Source: Fibrobacteria bacterium (GTDB lineage Bacteria > Fibrobacterota > Fibrobacteria > UBA11236). From it: a DNA stretch of 64,000 nt. Where the stretch lies: assembly GCA_041746255.1 (NCBI GenBank), contig JBGTHM010000037.1, positions 29,297 to 93,296 on the forward strand, read 5' to 3'. Shown piece after piece: positions 53,312-63,605 of this stretch. The notes beneath the pieces are model-generated. The model was given only the letters and a program-made list of their open reading frames with translations. It made no database searches and was not told the DNA's origin. Made by a program: the position numbers and the translations under genes. The stretch's first letter is position 1; every line of letters begins with the position of its first letter.

Positions 53312-54196
53312 ATGTCCCAGGAAAATCTCCAGCAACGCTATAGCCGGATCATCCAGGAGATGGGGCAACTCCCCACCATGCCCACCATCGCCGCCAAAGT
53401 CATGCAATTGGTAAATGATCCAGCTTCCAGCGCCGAAGACATTGCCCGTTTCATTACCAAGGACCTGGCTCTTACCTCCAAGGTGCTGCGCCTGGCCAAT
53501 TCGGCTTTTTATGGTATACCGCGCACCATTTCCTCGGTGAATTCCGCCATTGTCATACTTGGCTTCAATACCGTTCGCAGCTTGGTACTTTCGGCTTCCG
53601 TGGTCAAAATTTTTCCCGGGCGGGCCGATAATAACGGCTTCGACCGTAAGGCGTTCTGGAAACATTCCTTCATGGTGGGCATGACCTCCCGCATGTTGGC
53701 TCAGATGTATCGCAAGAAAAAGATGGTGGACGTGGAAATCGCTTTCAGTGCCGGACTGCTCCACGATGTGGGTAAGCTCATTCTCGAGCAATTCGCCGGT
53801 GACGATTACCTGCCGGTCATCGCCGAAGCCCGCAAGCAGGGTCTGCCGCTTTACCAACTCGAAAAAACCATGCTGGGCTTGACGCATGCCGATATCAGCG
53901 CCATGCTTATCGAGAAGTGGCAAATGCCCAATGAATTGCGCGAGCCGATTCTTTACCATCATTTTCCCACCGATGCCGGAGAGCATTTGGACGTGGCCTT
54001 GCTCATCCACATCGCGAATTACCTCTGTCATAAAAAAGGGCTCGGCAGCATGGACGAAGAGCCCTTCGGACCCTTGCATACCGACGCCGAGCAACTCTTG
54101 ACCGCCCTGGGCCCATCTCTGGAAGAAATCGAGGCCGATATGGACAAGCAACTGGAAGAGGCCGAACCCTTTTTCGCTCTGATACAATCTGATTAG
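53312..54196 (+). CDS. HDOD domain protein
   Basis: LPTMP, KVLRLANSAFYG, FWKHS, AGLLHDVGK, KWQMP. Confidence 0.92.
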   Translation: MSQENLQQRYSRIIQEMGQLPTMPTIAAKVMQLVNDPASSAEDIARFITKDLALTSKVLRLANSAFYGIPRTISSVNSAIVILGFNTVRSLVLSASVVKIFPGRADNNGFDRKAFWKHSFMVGMTSRMLAQMYRKKKMVDVEIAFSAGLLHDVGKLILEQFAGDDYLPVIAEARKQGLPLYQLEKTMLGLTHADISAMLIEKWQMPNELREPILYHHFPTDAGEHLDVALLIHIANYLCHKKGLGSMDEEPFGPLHTDAEQLLTALGPSLEEIEADMDKQLEEAEPFFALIQSD

Positions 54197-54238
54197 CCGA
54201 CTTAATTTCGGCTCCAGAATTATGCCCGGCCGTCAATA

Positions 54239-55090
54239 ATGGAAGTCATCGCTCCCCAGAATCCAGAAGACTTTTTCGAGCGGCATGAATCCGGGTTCAA
54301 AAATCCGGTTTTGCTTTCCGAAACATTGCAAGTATTGCGTAATCCGGTTTGTTCCGCCGACACCCTGGTCAAATCCCTGGAAAAAGAACCAGCCTTATGC
54401 TCCCGGGTGCTCCGGGCGGCCAATAGCGCCTTTTTTGGAACCCCTCGCACCATTTCGTCCTTAAAAGCAGCCATCGTCCGCCTGGGTAACCAAAATGTGG
54501 CGCAGCTTGCCTTGGCCGCCACCCTAACGGAACCCCCATCTCCAAAATGGGCGCTTTTCTGGCGCCATTCCTATGCGGTGGCCCTCCTTTCCCGGCATAT
54601 CGCGCGTTCCTACCGCATCTACACTCCACAGGAAGAGGAAGAGTTCTTCAGCATGGGCCTTTTGCATGATCTCGGCGTGCTGTTTATCATCGCTTCCGGC
54701 ATGTTTCCCCGCGTCGAGTCCGAATTGGAAGCGGGCACGCTCACCCTCGAAGAGGCCGAGGTCAAAGCCCTGGGGTTCAATCACGAACAGTTGGGCCAGG
54801 TTATCGCTGTCCGCTGGAATTTTCCCGGAGACCTTCGCCATGCCATCGCCAACCACCATCACCCCGAACTGAGTGGAGACTACTACCGGAAAATCGTTAT
54901 CGTGCATATCGCCAATCTCATTTGCCATGGCTTCCGCTTGACCATCCACCCCCAGGCCGCCGAGCCGACTACGGATGAGTCCTACCTCCAGGAAGCCCGG
55001 CTCCCTGTGGAACAGCTGGTGCTTTTCGGTGAGTGGCTTTTAGCCCAACAAGCCGAAATCGATGAGTTCGGACAAAGTTTTTCCGGCTGA
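54239..55090 (+). CDS. HDOD domain protein
   Basis: RVLRAANSAFFG, FWRHS, GLLHDLG, RWNFP. Confidence 0.9.
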   Translation: MEVIAPQNPEDFFERHESGFKNPVLLSETLQVLRNPVCSADTLVKSLEKEPALCSRVLRAANSAFFGTPRTISSLKAAIVRLGNQNVAQLALAATLTEPPSPKWALFWRHSYAVALLSRHIARSYRIYTPQEEEEFFSMGLLHDLGVLFIIASGMFPRVESELEAGTLTLEEAEVKALGFNHEQLGQVIAVRWNFPGDLRHAIANHHHPELSGDYYRKIVIVHIANLICHGFRLTIHPQAAEPTTDESYLQEARLPVEQLVLFGEWLLAQQAEIDEFGQSFSG

Positions 55091-55162
55091 TTCTTTCCCC
55101 TATCCGCCGCCTTGCGCCGCGGCTTCTCCCAAAATTCTCCCTATATGTATATTAGGGGCGAT

Positions 55163-56086
55163 ATGGACTTTTTCGCAAAAATAACGCAAGGCTTGAGTAA
55201 ATCCAGCGAGAACATGGTTCGCGAAATCCGCGGGGCTTTCGGCAAGGGCGAACTCACGGAAGCTGTTCTTGAAGAAGTGGAAGAAAGGCTTTTGGCGGCC
55301 GACCTGAGCTTTGAGGTGGCCGGAGCCATCATTGACGGTGTGCGTGAAAAGGCTTGGGGCCGGCAAACCGATACCGAGCACCTGCTGCAATACATGGCCG
55401 AAACGGCCGAGGCCCTCCTACCACAAGATTACCCTTGGCAAGCGCGGAAGAATCCTCATGTCATCCTGGTAATCGGAGTCAATGGCGCAGGAAAAACCAC
55501 CACCATTGGTAAATTGGCGCATCAGTTCAATGAACAGGGCCTGAAAGTCATGGTAGCCGCCGGCGATACTTTCCGGGCGGGGGCCATTCAACAGCTGGAA
55601 GTTTGGGCGAACCGCGTGGGAGCCGAAGTCGTAAAACATGCCGAAGGTTCCGACTCGGCATCCGTAGCTTACGACGCTTATGCCGCCGCCAAATCGCGGG
55701 GATTCGATGTCCTGATAATTGATACGGCGGGGAGGCTGCACAATAAAGCCCATCTCATGGAGGAGCTTAAAAAACTCGTCAGGGTATTGCGCAAGCACGA
55801 TCCGGAGTTACCCCATGAATGCCTGCTTGTCATCGACGGCAATACCGGGCAGAACGCCATTAACCAGGCCAAGGGATTCGACGAGGCGGTGAAGCTCGAC
55901 GGCCTTATCGTCACCAAACTGGACGGTACGGCCAAAGGCGGTTCCATTTTGCCCATTTGCCGAGAGTTCAATTTGCCGGTAATCTGGGTTGGTGTAGGTG
56001 AAGGTGTCGATGACTTAATCCCCTTTCGGCGTTCCGAATATGCGCGAGCCCTATTTCAGCAAAGAACTCAAGCCGCCAAAGGGTGA
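55163..56086 (+). CDS. ftsY: SRP receptor FtsY
   Basis: GVNGAGKTTTIGK, DTFRAGA, DTAGR, TKLDGTAKGG. Confidence 0.96.
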   Translation: MDFFAKITQGLSKSSENMVREIRGAFGKGELTEAVLEEVEERLLAADLSFEVAGAIIDGVREKAWGRQTDTEHLLQYMAETAEALLPQDYPWQARKNPHVILVIGVNGAGKTTTIGKLAHQFNEQGLKVMVAAGDTFRAGAIQQLEVWANRVGAEVVKHAEGSDSASVAYDAYAAAKSRGFDVLIIDTAGRLHNKAHLMEELKKLVRVLRKHDPELPHECLLVIDGNTGQNAINQAKGFDEAVKLDGLIVTKLDGTAKGGSILPICREFNLPVIWVGVGEGVDDLIPFRRSEYARALFQQRTQAAKG

Positions 56087-56195
56087 CAGCGGTGCGTATG
56101 ACCCCCATTTCCGGTATTTTTCCCCATCCCTTCAAGGATATTCCCCGGCTCAATAAACACCAGTCCCTACCGGCCTCAATTCGCAGGAATTCGCG

Positions 56196-56546
56196 TTGAC
56201 AGCCATGGGGGCCGGACGTACTATAAAAAAACTGGCCTGCGCGGGCTTTTTGGTTTTCCTGGCCTTGGGATGCCGACATCAGGAGTTCGTTCCCGAAGCC
56301 AAGTTTGTAGATTTGTATGTTGAGCTCAAGTTGGCTTCGGCGGTATATCAGGGGGAACCCGAAAAGGCGAATGAAACCCGCAGGGCAATCCTGGCCCGGT
56401 ACGAGGTAACGCCGGAGGAATTCACCCGTCGTTTCAACCGATTGTCGCTTGAGCCGGATGCATGGAAAGACTTTCAGGAACAAGTAATCCGGAGCATGGA
56501 AAATTTTCAAATAGAACCGACTAAAGGGGTAGGCGATGGCATCTGA
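56196..56546 (+). CDS. Small lipoprotein (DUF4296-like)
   Basis: Lipobox LALGC; helical body. Confidence 0.6.
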   Translation: MTAMGAGRTIKKLACAGFLVFLALGCRHQEFVPEAKFVDLYVELKLASAVYQGEPEKANETRRAILARYEVTPEEFTRRFNRLSLEPDAWKDFQEQVIRSMENFQIEPTKGVGDGI

Positions 56547-56865
56547 GAACGTAATGGAACTGTCCAGCAGCAATTTCGAGTCCGAGGTCGCGCAATACCC
56601 GGGAACTGTGCTGGTCGATTTTTGGGCGCCTTGGTGCGGGCCTTGCCGCATGGTCGGGCCGATTGTCGAAGAAATCGCCAATGAGTACAAAGGGAAAGCC
56701 AAAGTCGGCAAGCTCAACACCGACGACGCTTCCGATATCGCCACCAAATTCGGCATCCGCAGTATTCCTACCCTGCTCTTTTTCAAGAATGGTGAAGTGG
56801 TGCAACAGCTTGTGGGCGCATATCCCAAGGGCAAAATCACCGAGAAACTCGAGAGCGCTCTTTAA
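56536..56865 (+). CDS. trxA: Thioredoxin
   Basis: VDFWAPWCGPC, IRSIPT. Confidence 0.96.
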   Translation: MASENVMELSSSNFESEVAQYPGTVLVDFWAPWCGPCRMVGPIVEEIANEYKGKAKVGKLNTDDASDIATKFGIRSIPTLLFFKNGEVVQQLVGAYPKGKITEKLESAL

Positions 56866-56866
56866 T

Positions 56867-57352
56867 ATGCTGAAAACCTTCGCGGTCACCTTTATGCTGC
56901 TCTATGCCGGAGCGGTAGCCAAATCGGGTCCCTCCATCGATTGGAAACAATTCGATGCGGGCATGGCCGCGGCCGCCAAGGAAGGGAAATATGGCTTCGT
57001 ATCGGTTTATACCGATTGGTGCGGTTATTGCCGAATGCTGGATCAGAAAACCTTCCGTGCCGAGGCGGTGGTCAAAGAGTTGCGGAAGAATTTCATCAGC
57101 GTCAAATTAAACGCCGAGAGTGAGGCCCAGGTTTCCTGGATGGGTTCCACGTCGAGCATGAAGCAGCTGGCCAGTAAATGGGGCGTAACCGGTTTCCCCA
57201 CCCTACTTTTTCTCAATTCCAAGGGCGAAATCATCGGTTCTTTCCCTTCTTACGCCGAGCCCGACCTGATGTTGAAACTGCTGAATTATATCTCTTCCGG
57301 AGCGCGGGAGAAAAACGAATCGTTCGAGGATTTCATCAAGAAAGCATCGTAA
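56867..57352 (+). CDS. Exported thioredoxin-fold protein (SoxW/DUF255-like)
   Basis: Signal peptide, YTDWCGYC, GVTGFPT. Confidence 0.85.
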   Translation: MLKTFAVTFMLLYAGAVAKSGPSIDWKQFDAGMAAAAKEGKYGFVSVYTDWCGYCRMLDQKTFRAEAVVKELRKNFISVKLNAESEAQVSWMGSTSSMKQLASKWGVTGFPTLLFLNSKGEIIGSFPSYAEPDLMLKLLNYISSGAREKNESFEDFIKKAS

Positions 57353-58701
57353 TGCTGGAAGCGATTTTCTGGATAGGAGTGGGTTTGCTGGTGCATACTT
57401 ATTTCCTGTACCCAATTTCATTGCCGGTTCTCCACTTTTTCTTCTCGCTCCCTCGGCGTTTCGGAAACTCCAATAAGTACAAGGTTTCCCTGGTCATTGC
57501 GGCGCATAACGAAGAAAAGATCATCGAAGAAAAAATCCGGAACTGCTTCGAATTGGAATTCCCCAAGCGTAACCTGGAAATCCTCATCGGCTCCGACGCG
57601 TCTTCCGACAAAACCAACGAAATCATCCGCAAATACGCCCAACATGTGAATCTGGTTGAACTCGAAGAACGCGGCGGCAAGGCTTCGGTTCTGAATCGAA
57701 TCGTCCCCCAGGCCAGCGGAGAGATATTGGTGTTTTGCGATGCCAATACCATGCTTCTTAAGAACGCCCTGCAAAAGCTACTCTCGCATTTCAGCGATCC
57801 CAATGTCGGCTGTGTCTGCGGACGGCTCATTCTGCATGACAACGGCAAGTCGGCTTTGGGAATAGGCGAAAGTATTTATTGGAACATCGAGTCCGAAATC
57901 AAGAAGCTGGAAGGCCGGTTGGGAATCGTCATCGGCGCCAACGGCGGCATTTATGCCATCCGCAAGGAGCTATTCCAGAAGATTCCGGTGGACAAGGTCG
58001 CCATGGACGATTTCTTCATCACCACGCGCGTACTTCTGTCGGGCAAATCCGCCATATACGAGCCGCAAGCTATAGGCAGCGAAGAAACCTCCTTGGACAA
58101 ATACGGTGAGTTTCACCGCAAAGCGCGTATCAGCCAGGCCAACTTCAACCTGCTACCGCGTTATTTGCCCCTGCTCAATCCTATGCGGGGTTTAGTTGCA
58201 TACGGGTTTTTCTCGCATAAGCTGTTACGGTGGTTGGCCCCGCTTATCCTACTCACCCTGCTCGTCGCGAATATCCTATTGGCAGGCCACAATATTCTTT
58301 ATGCGACCCTCCTGGGCCTGCAAGCGGTATTTTACGCTACCGCGGGTCTTGGCTATTGGAGCAATGCCCGGGGTCGCCGTTCCAAGCTCTTCCTCATCCC
58401 CTTTTATTTCGTTTCCATGAACGTGGCCTTGTTCGCCGGCCTACTCAAGGCCATTTCGGGTAAAAGCGTAACCGGGCGCGGCATGTGGGAGCGTATCGAG
58501 CGCGCTCCCGCTCCTATCCCAGCCCATACCAACGGCCACTCGAAAGACCTGACCAACGGCAAGGCCATTGGTGTTACGAATGGCAAGGCAAACGGCGTCG
58601 TTAACGGCCATGGCGCCCCTACGCATGCCAAAGGAGCCCGGCACCGTCCCACCGGTAAAGGCTCGTCCTCTCCACGCGTCCTAAATGAGTATATCCCCTA
58701 G
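57352..58701 (+). CDS. GT2 family glycosyltransferase, paralog of 887-2152
   Basis: IAAHNEE, SDASSD, FCDANT, GANGGIYAIR, DDF, FSHKLLRW; start overlaps the upstream stop (TAATG). Confidence 0.9.
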   Translation: MLEAIFWIGVGLLVHTYFLYPISLPVLHFFFSLPRRFGNSNKYKVSLVIAAHNEEKIIEEKIRNCFELEFPKRNLEILIGSDASSDKTNEIIRKYAQHVNLVELEERGGKASVLNRIVPQASGEILVFCDANTMLLKNALQKLLSHFSDPNVGCVCGRLILHDNGKSALGIGESIYWNIESEIKKLEGRLGIVIGANGGIYAIRKELFQKIPVDKVAMDDFFITTRVLLSGKSAIYEPQAIGSEETSLDKYGEFHRKARISQANFNLLPRYLPLLNPMRGLVAYGFFSHKLLRWLAPLILLTLLVANILLAGHNILYATLLGLQAVFYATAGLGYWSNARGRRSKLFLIPFYFVSMNVALFAGLLKAISGKSVTGRGMWERIERAPAPIPAHTNGHSKDLTNGKAIGVTNGKANGVVNGHGAPTHAKGARHRPTGKGSSSPRVLNEYIP

Positions 58702-59149
58702 AGCGGTTGTAATACTGCTGCTCGCAGCCTCCGGCATCCTGGCCGCAGGAGGGGCGGTTACGGGCAGTTTGGGCACCCAGTCCACGGACGGTTTCGGTAA
58801 TATCGCCTTCGCTTATTCGGTAGGGGTATACGGAAAATTCGACGAACAAACCCTCTTGGGATTGGAATCGGGACAGGGCACGGGCGCCGGTTCCTCCACG
58901 ATACCGCTGACCGCCAGCGCGCTGGTCCGGCTTCCCTTGGGTCGGGTTATGCTACCGATTGTCAAGGGCGAATTCGGTTATGCACTGGCCGACACGCTTT
59001 CGGGATTCGTTTGGCGTTTCGGTGGGGGTCTCGATATCAAGAACGGGCGTCGCTCCAGTTTACTTGTAATGGGCGGTTACGAAAAATCCTATGCCCTCAC
59101 CGGGCCGGGTGGCTGGTATACCCGTTTCGGCATTCTGCTGGAATGGTAA
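58685..59149 (+). CDS. Small outer-membrane beta-barrel-like protein
   Basis: Signal peptide, Gly/aromatic alternating strands, terminal W. Confidence 0.6.
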   Translation: MSISPRAVVILLLAASGILAAGGAVTGSLGTQSTDGFGNIAFAYSVGVYGKFDEQTLLGLESGQGTGAGSSTIPLTASALVRLPLGRVMLPIVKGEFGYALADTLSGFVWRFGGGLDIKNGRRSSLLVMGGYEKSYALTGPGGWYTRFGILLEW

Positions 59150-59203
59150 GGCATGGTCATGCGACTCTTGCCACGGGAATGGCAAATGAGGTAGACTCTT
59201 CCC

Positions 59204-60052
59204 GTGAACGTTTCCCGCCCTTTACGCAATCTTCTGCAAAGCACCCTTAACGAAGCCGGACTGGAGTTGCGCCGGGTACGTCCCAAAGGTGCGAACGGCC
59301 CCATTTACTCCAATTTCGAGGAACAGGCCATTGTCCAGCAATTATTGGATGGACTGAAGGATGTCCGTCGCTATTGCGTGGACATAGGTGCAGGAGACGG
59401 CGAATCCCATTCCAACTCATTTCCCCTTTTTTCGCAAGGATGGGCCGGTCTTTCGGTGGAATGCGATCCCGAGAATTTTGCCCGCCTGGCTTATCGGTAT
59501 CGGGAATTTTCCGAATCGGCACTGAGTCGGTCGCGCGCGACCCCGGATAGCATCGTTTCCCTACTGGCTGGCCACGAGGTACCCCGGCTGTTCGGCTTCC
59601 TCAGCCTGGATATAGACAGCTTTGACAACGAGGTGCTCAGAGCCATATTGAATCGATATCGTCCTTCGCTCATTTGTACGGAAATAAACGAGAAAATCCC
59701 TCCCCCCGTGCGCTTCAGCGTGCGCTTTGACGAGGATCACCGCTGGGCGGGAGACCATTTTTATGGGCAAAGCCTCTGTATGCTGGAGAAGCTGGCTCGT
59801 GAAAAAGGCTACCGCCTTGTGGCGCTCGAATACAACAACGCTTTTTTGCTTCCGGATGAAATTGCCGGGCCTCCCGCCGTATCCGCGGAGGAACTGTATT
59901 TCATGGGTTATCTCAGCAAGCCCGACCGCCTGGGCCGTCTGCCCTGGAACCGCGAGATGGAATACCTGCGTGAGCTTTCGCCGGAGGAAATGGTGGTTGA
60001 ATTGAAGCGGTATTTTTCAAATTACACGGGGCGCTTCATCTGCGAGATTTGA
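59204..60052 (+). CDS. FkbM-like methyltransferase-fold protein
   Basis: CVDIGAGDG..SNS, GWAGLSVE, LSLDIDSFD, NNAF. Confidence 0.65.
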   Translation: MNVSRPLRNLLQSTLNEAGLELRRVRPKGANGPIYSNFEEQAIVQQLLDGLKDVRRYCVDIGAGDGESHSNSFPLFSQGWAGLSVECDPENFARLAYRYREFSESALSRSRATPDSIVSLLAGHEVPRLFGFLSLDIDSFDNEVLRAILNRYRPSLICTEINEKIPPPVRFSVRFDEDHRWAGDHFYGQSLCMLEKLAREKGYRLVALEYNNAFLLPDEIAGPPAVSAEELYFMGYLSKPDRLGRLPWNREMEYLRELSPEEMVVELKRYFSNYTGRFICEI

Positions 60053-60073
60053 GCCGCGGATGAAGGCGCGCAG

Positions 60074-61501
60074 TTAGCGCCCTTTTTCTTCGACACGCCT
60101 TCGCGCCCAGGCCTCGGCCTCTTCGCGTGAAGTCAACTCGCCCTCGAGTTGCAAATCGAAACTTTCCCGGATAAGTTCGCCCACAGCCGGTCCGGGTTTT
60201 AGGCCCAGGCTGAGCAGGTATTTTCCCGATAGCCACGGTTCGGGTTTGACCTCAAGAACATTTAAATTCCGTGACATTTCCAACAACCAATCACCGGCGG
60301 GAAATTCACGGGCCAGGGCATCGGCCGTAGTCCGGCCAAAATGATCCGCCCTGGCCACCCGTACCAATTTTTCGATGTCCACCCGGAGGGCCAACCTGCG
60401 AATCGCTCCCGGTTTCACTTCGTGACGCGCGTTATAGAGTAGGGCGGGGCGAAGATGCTCGCGAACATAGGTTACCACCGTATCGATAAGCGCAGTCTCG
60501 CGCGTGATACGGGCCAGGAAGGAGCGTGTCGGTCCTTCGCCTCGCACGTCATGCCCGGGGCTTCGCCACCTTCCCTCCGAGAAAGCGGTACATAGGGGTT
60601 TGCCCAGGTCATGGCACAGTGCGCCGAGCATCAGGGCCAGATTCCAGAATTCACCGTCGTCCTCTGCATCGCGGATTTTTGCAGCCTCGTCCACCACCAT
60701 GAGCGTATGCACCCAAACGTCCCCTTCTGGATGCCACTCGGGATCCTGCTGCACGCCGATAAGCGACTCAAGTTCAGGGAAATAGGGCAGTAATCCGAGC
60801 CGCCTCATCCAATCCAAGCCGATGGAAGGCCGCTGGGCTCGCAGCAGCAGCTTTTTAAACTCTCCGAAGAGCCGTTCCGCCGGGAGTTCGTCCAGTGAGA
60901 GCCTCCGGCATAATTCCTGCGTATCGGGATGGATGTCGAATTCAAAGCGGGCGGCGAACTGGATGGCGCGCATAACCCGCAAGGGGTCTTCGCCAAAAGC
61001 GGGCGAGACATGCCGAAGCAGACGAGCTTGTAAATCGCTGTAGCCACCATGGTAATCGACTAAAGTCATGTCCGGCACGAGCAGGCCCATGGCATTGACA
61101 GTGAAATCGCGGCGACTGGAGGCGATTGCGAAGGTAAGCGAAGGGTCGGACTTCACGGCAAAACCTTTATGACCGGGAGCGGTTTTGCTTTCGGTGCGAG
61201 GAAAGGCAAAGTCATAATTATGGTTGAGAATACGGATGTTGATGACGCCGAAGGCTTTGCCTACCAAGTTGGGGCTTCCAAAAGGCGAAAGTATGTGAAA
61301 TAGAGTCTCCATGTCGATGCCATAAAATTCCAAATCGTAATCGTGGCACACGCGCCCCAGCAGAAAATCACGCACCCACCCGCCTACCAAATAGAGGCGT
61401 CCCCCGGATGCGCCAATAGCTTGTGCTATCTCCAAAAGCGGTTTGGGTAAAATGGAAGGATCGGCAAGTTTCATTTCCGTATCAGCAGTCATCCGAATCA
61501 T
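60074..61501 (-). CDS. cca: CCA-adding tRNA nucleotidyltransferase with HD domain
   Basis: LVGGWVRD, DYDLE, RRDFTVNAM, EDPLRVMRA, HPEGDVWVHT, LCHDLGK. Confidence 0.92.
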   Translation of the reverse strand: MIRMTADTEMKLADPSILPKPLLEIAQAIGASGGRLYLVGGWVRDFLLGRVCHDYDLEFYGIDMETLFHILSPFGSPNLVGKAFGVINIRILNHNYDFAFPRTESKTAPGHKGFAVKSDPSLTFAIASSRRDFTVNAMGLLVPDMTLVDYHGGYSDLQARLLRHVSPAFGEDPLRVMRAIQFAARFEFDIHPDTQELCRRLSLDELPAERLFGEFKKLLLRAQRPSIGLDWMRRLGLLPYFPELESLIGVQQDPEWHPEGDVWVHTLMVVDEAAKIRDAEDDGEFWNLALMLGALCHDLGKPLCTAFSEGRWRSPGHDVRGEGPTRSFLARITRETALIDTVVTYVREHLRPALLYNARHEVKPGAIRRLALRVDIEKLVRVARADHFGRTTADALAREFPAGDWLLEMSRNLNVLEVKPEPWLSGKYLLSLGLKPGPAVGELIRESFDLQLEGELTSREEAEAWARRRVEEKGR

Positions 61502-61782
61502 TCCCCGGGAGCGAAATCGTCATGCACTTTTTCCCAGCGAAGGGAGTCATTCTTCTCCGCCTGACGCAATTCCTCTTGGCAGGCCTCCCATTCCATTTCC
61601 GCGAATCGACGTTGATCCTCGCTCATATCGGTGGCCCGCATGCGCGTTTGCATGGCATGGCATTGCAGTTGCAGTGAGGGCGTGGCGCAGGCCGCGAGAA
61701 AAAGCAGGAGAAAAAGTCCCAATAAGCCTGCGGTATAAAACAAGTAGCCGGAATAAAATCGTGCCATGCCCATAATGTACAC
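61498..61782 (-). CDS. Small lipoprotein
   Basis: Hydrophobic stretch ending in the lipobox LAAC; overlaps the cca start. Confidence 0.6.
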   Translation of the reverse strand: MYIMGMARFYSGYLFYTAGLLGLFLLLFLAACATPSLQLQCHAMQTRMRATDMSEDQRRFAEMEWEACQEELRQAEKNDSLRWEKVHDDFAPGE

Positions 61783-61830
61783 GGCGGATGCGGTTTTCGT
61801 CCCCCTCCCAAGTGATTATATATTGAAGCA

Positions 61831-63090
61831 ATGGAAATGGAAACGCTGATTGTCACGGTTGTTTTGACGCTTTTGCTGCTGGGAATGGGCTTGGAGATGC
61901 TCCTTATTCACCTTAATATCAAAAAGGTGGTAGCCAGCCCGACTGTGCCGGACTTTGTGCGGGAGCGTGTCGACCCGGAGACCTACTCGCGCAGTCGCTC
62001 CTATTCGATAGCCAAACTGGGTTTCAATCGGGCAGTACAACTCGCAGGGGCGGTTTTTTTTGTGTTCCTGCTGTTTTCGGGAATTCTTCCCTGGCTCGAG
62101 TCCTTTCTTCGACCCTTTGTCGCCGCCGAGGTTACCCGTGGAGTACTTTTCCTGGGCCTATTGATGATGTTCCAAATTATTCTCAGCCTGCCGATTTCAG
62201 CCTATGAAACCTTCGGGATTGAATCCCGTTTCGGGTTCAACACGCAAACTCCAGGGTCCTACTTTCGGGACATGGCAAAGGAATGGGTGCTTTTTTTTCT
62301 CCTGGGAGTGCCCTTCCTTTATGCGGTGCTCAGTATCATCGATTTCGGTGGAAAAGGGTGGTGGATAGGGCTCCTGGTTTTTCTGATTTTTGTCCAGGTT
62401 TTACTTCTGGTTATTTACCCCACTTGGATAGCGCCCCTTTTCAACCGCTTTAAGCCACTTGAAGAAGGCGAAATCAAGCGGGAATTGATGGACTTGGCAA
62501 AACGTTTGCAATTTCCCCTTCAGGATATTTATGTCATGGACGGCAGTCGCCGCAGCTTACATTCCAACGCCTATTTCACCGGTTTTGGCAGAATGCGGCG
62601 TATTGTCCTTTTTGATACCCTTCTGTCGCAAATGGATAAATCCGAAATCGCCGGCGTTTTGGCGCATGAAATCGGTCATTACAAATTGCGGCACATCTAC
62701 AAGAATCTGGCCGCCTCGGTCATCTCAATGGCGGTTATGCTGTATCTTATTGCGTTTTTTATCGATTGGACTCCTCTCTACCTGGCATTCGGCTTTTCGG
62801 AGCCGATTACTTATGTCGGCCTTTTTCTCCTTTTCATGGTTTTTTCCACGACTCATATTGTATTTGCGCCCTTACGCAATTTCTTTTCACGGAAATTCGA
62901 ATATGAGGCGGATCGTTTTGCCGTTTCCACCACTCGCAGCGCTGCGGCCATGGAATCGGCCTTGGTGAAGCTTTCCGAAAAGAACCTATCCAATCTCACT
63001 CCCCACCCCTGGTACAGCTTTTTTCACCATTCCCATCCCGGTCTCTCGGAGCGCGTCAAAGCCATTCGGAAGGTTGCGCAGACCACCTGA
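61831..63090 (+). CDS. M48 (Ste24-like) membrane metallopeptidase
   Basis: MDGSRRS.HSNAYFTG, IVLFDTL, HEIGH, EYEAD, SHP. Confidence 0.94.
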   Translation: MEMETLIVTVVLTLLLLGMGLEMLLIHLNIKKVVASPTVPDFVRERVDPETYSRSRSYSIAKLGFNRAVQLAGAVFFVFLLFSGILPWLESFLRPFVAAEVTRGVLFLGLLMMFQIILSLPISAYETFGIESRFGFNTQTPGSYFRDMAKEWVLFFLLGVPFLYAVLSIIDFGGKGWWIGLLVFLIFVQVLLLVIYPTWIAPLFNRFKPLEEGEIKRELMDLAKRLQFPLQDIYVMDGSRRSLHSNAYFTGFGRMRRIVLFDTLLSQMDKSEIAGVLAHEIGHYKLRHIYKNLAASVISMAVMLYLIAFFIDWTPLYLAFGFSEPITYVGLFLLFMVFSTTHIVFAPLRNFFSRKFEYEADRFAVSTTRSAAAMESALVKLSEKNLSNLTPHPWYSFFHHSHPGLSERVKAIRKVAQTT

Positions 63091-63118
63091 CTGCTCCGAT
63101 TAAGCGAAATATTTTAAA

Positions 63119-63148
63119 TTGACAGCCGGGATTGCGGAAGGTTAAATT
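63119..63148 (+). promoter_or_regulatory. Sigma-70 promoter of the tRNA-tuf operon
   Basis: TTGACA-N18-TAAATT. Confidence 0.6.
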
Positions 63149-63246
63149 GTTGGCCCGCAAGTGCGTTTTTGGCCTTAATCGGCTCTGATGGCTTGAGGGA
63201 GAATACTTCGCCTGTTTGGCCTGTAATAGGTAGGAGGTTCGATCGC

Positions 63247-63319
63247 GCCAACGTAGCTCAGTTGGTAGAGCAACTGATTTGTAATCAGTAGGTCGTGGGT
63301 TCGATTCCTATCGTTGGCT
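63247..63319 (+). tRNA. tRNA-Thr(TGT)
   Basis: Cloverleaf; CTGAT-TTGTAA-TCAG anticodon arm. Confidence 0.96.
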
Positions 63320-63386
63320 TACTTTTCACTTTTGACTTGGGTTCGAAGGAAAAGTAGAAGGTTTGAAACACAGGCCTTAATTACCT

Positions 63387-63469
63387 GGGTCGATGCCCGA
63401 GTGGTTAATGGGGGTGGACTGTAAATCCACTGGCTTACGCCTACGGTGGTTCGAACCCACCTCGGCCCA
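63387..63469 (+). tRNA. tRNA-Tyr(GTA)
   Basis: GTGGA-CTGTAAA-TCCAC anticodon arm; long variable arm. Confidence 0.96.
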
Positions 63470-63529
63470 GTTAATTAAGGCTGTAAGTAGATGCGGCGGC
63501 GGTAGAGGAAAGAAAGAAGACGGATTTTA

Positions 63530-63605
63530 GCGAGCTTAACTCAATTGGTAGAGTACCACCCTTCCAAGGTGGCTGTTGACGGTTCGAGTCCGTTAGCTCG
63601 CTCCA
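63530..63605 (+). tRNA. tRNA-Gly(TCC)
   Basis: CCACC-CTTCCAA-GGTGG anticodon arm; CCA end. Confidence 0.96.

Noticed and set aside
51014..54187. Long antisense ORFs (e.g. 51014-51841, 52524-53255, 53210-54187, and similar ones throughout the window)
   Set aside because: Shadow frames of conserved genes, expected with GC-rich codon usage; no recognisable motifs
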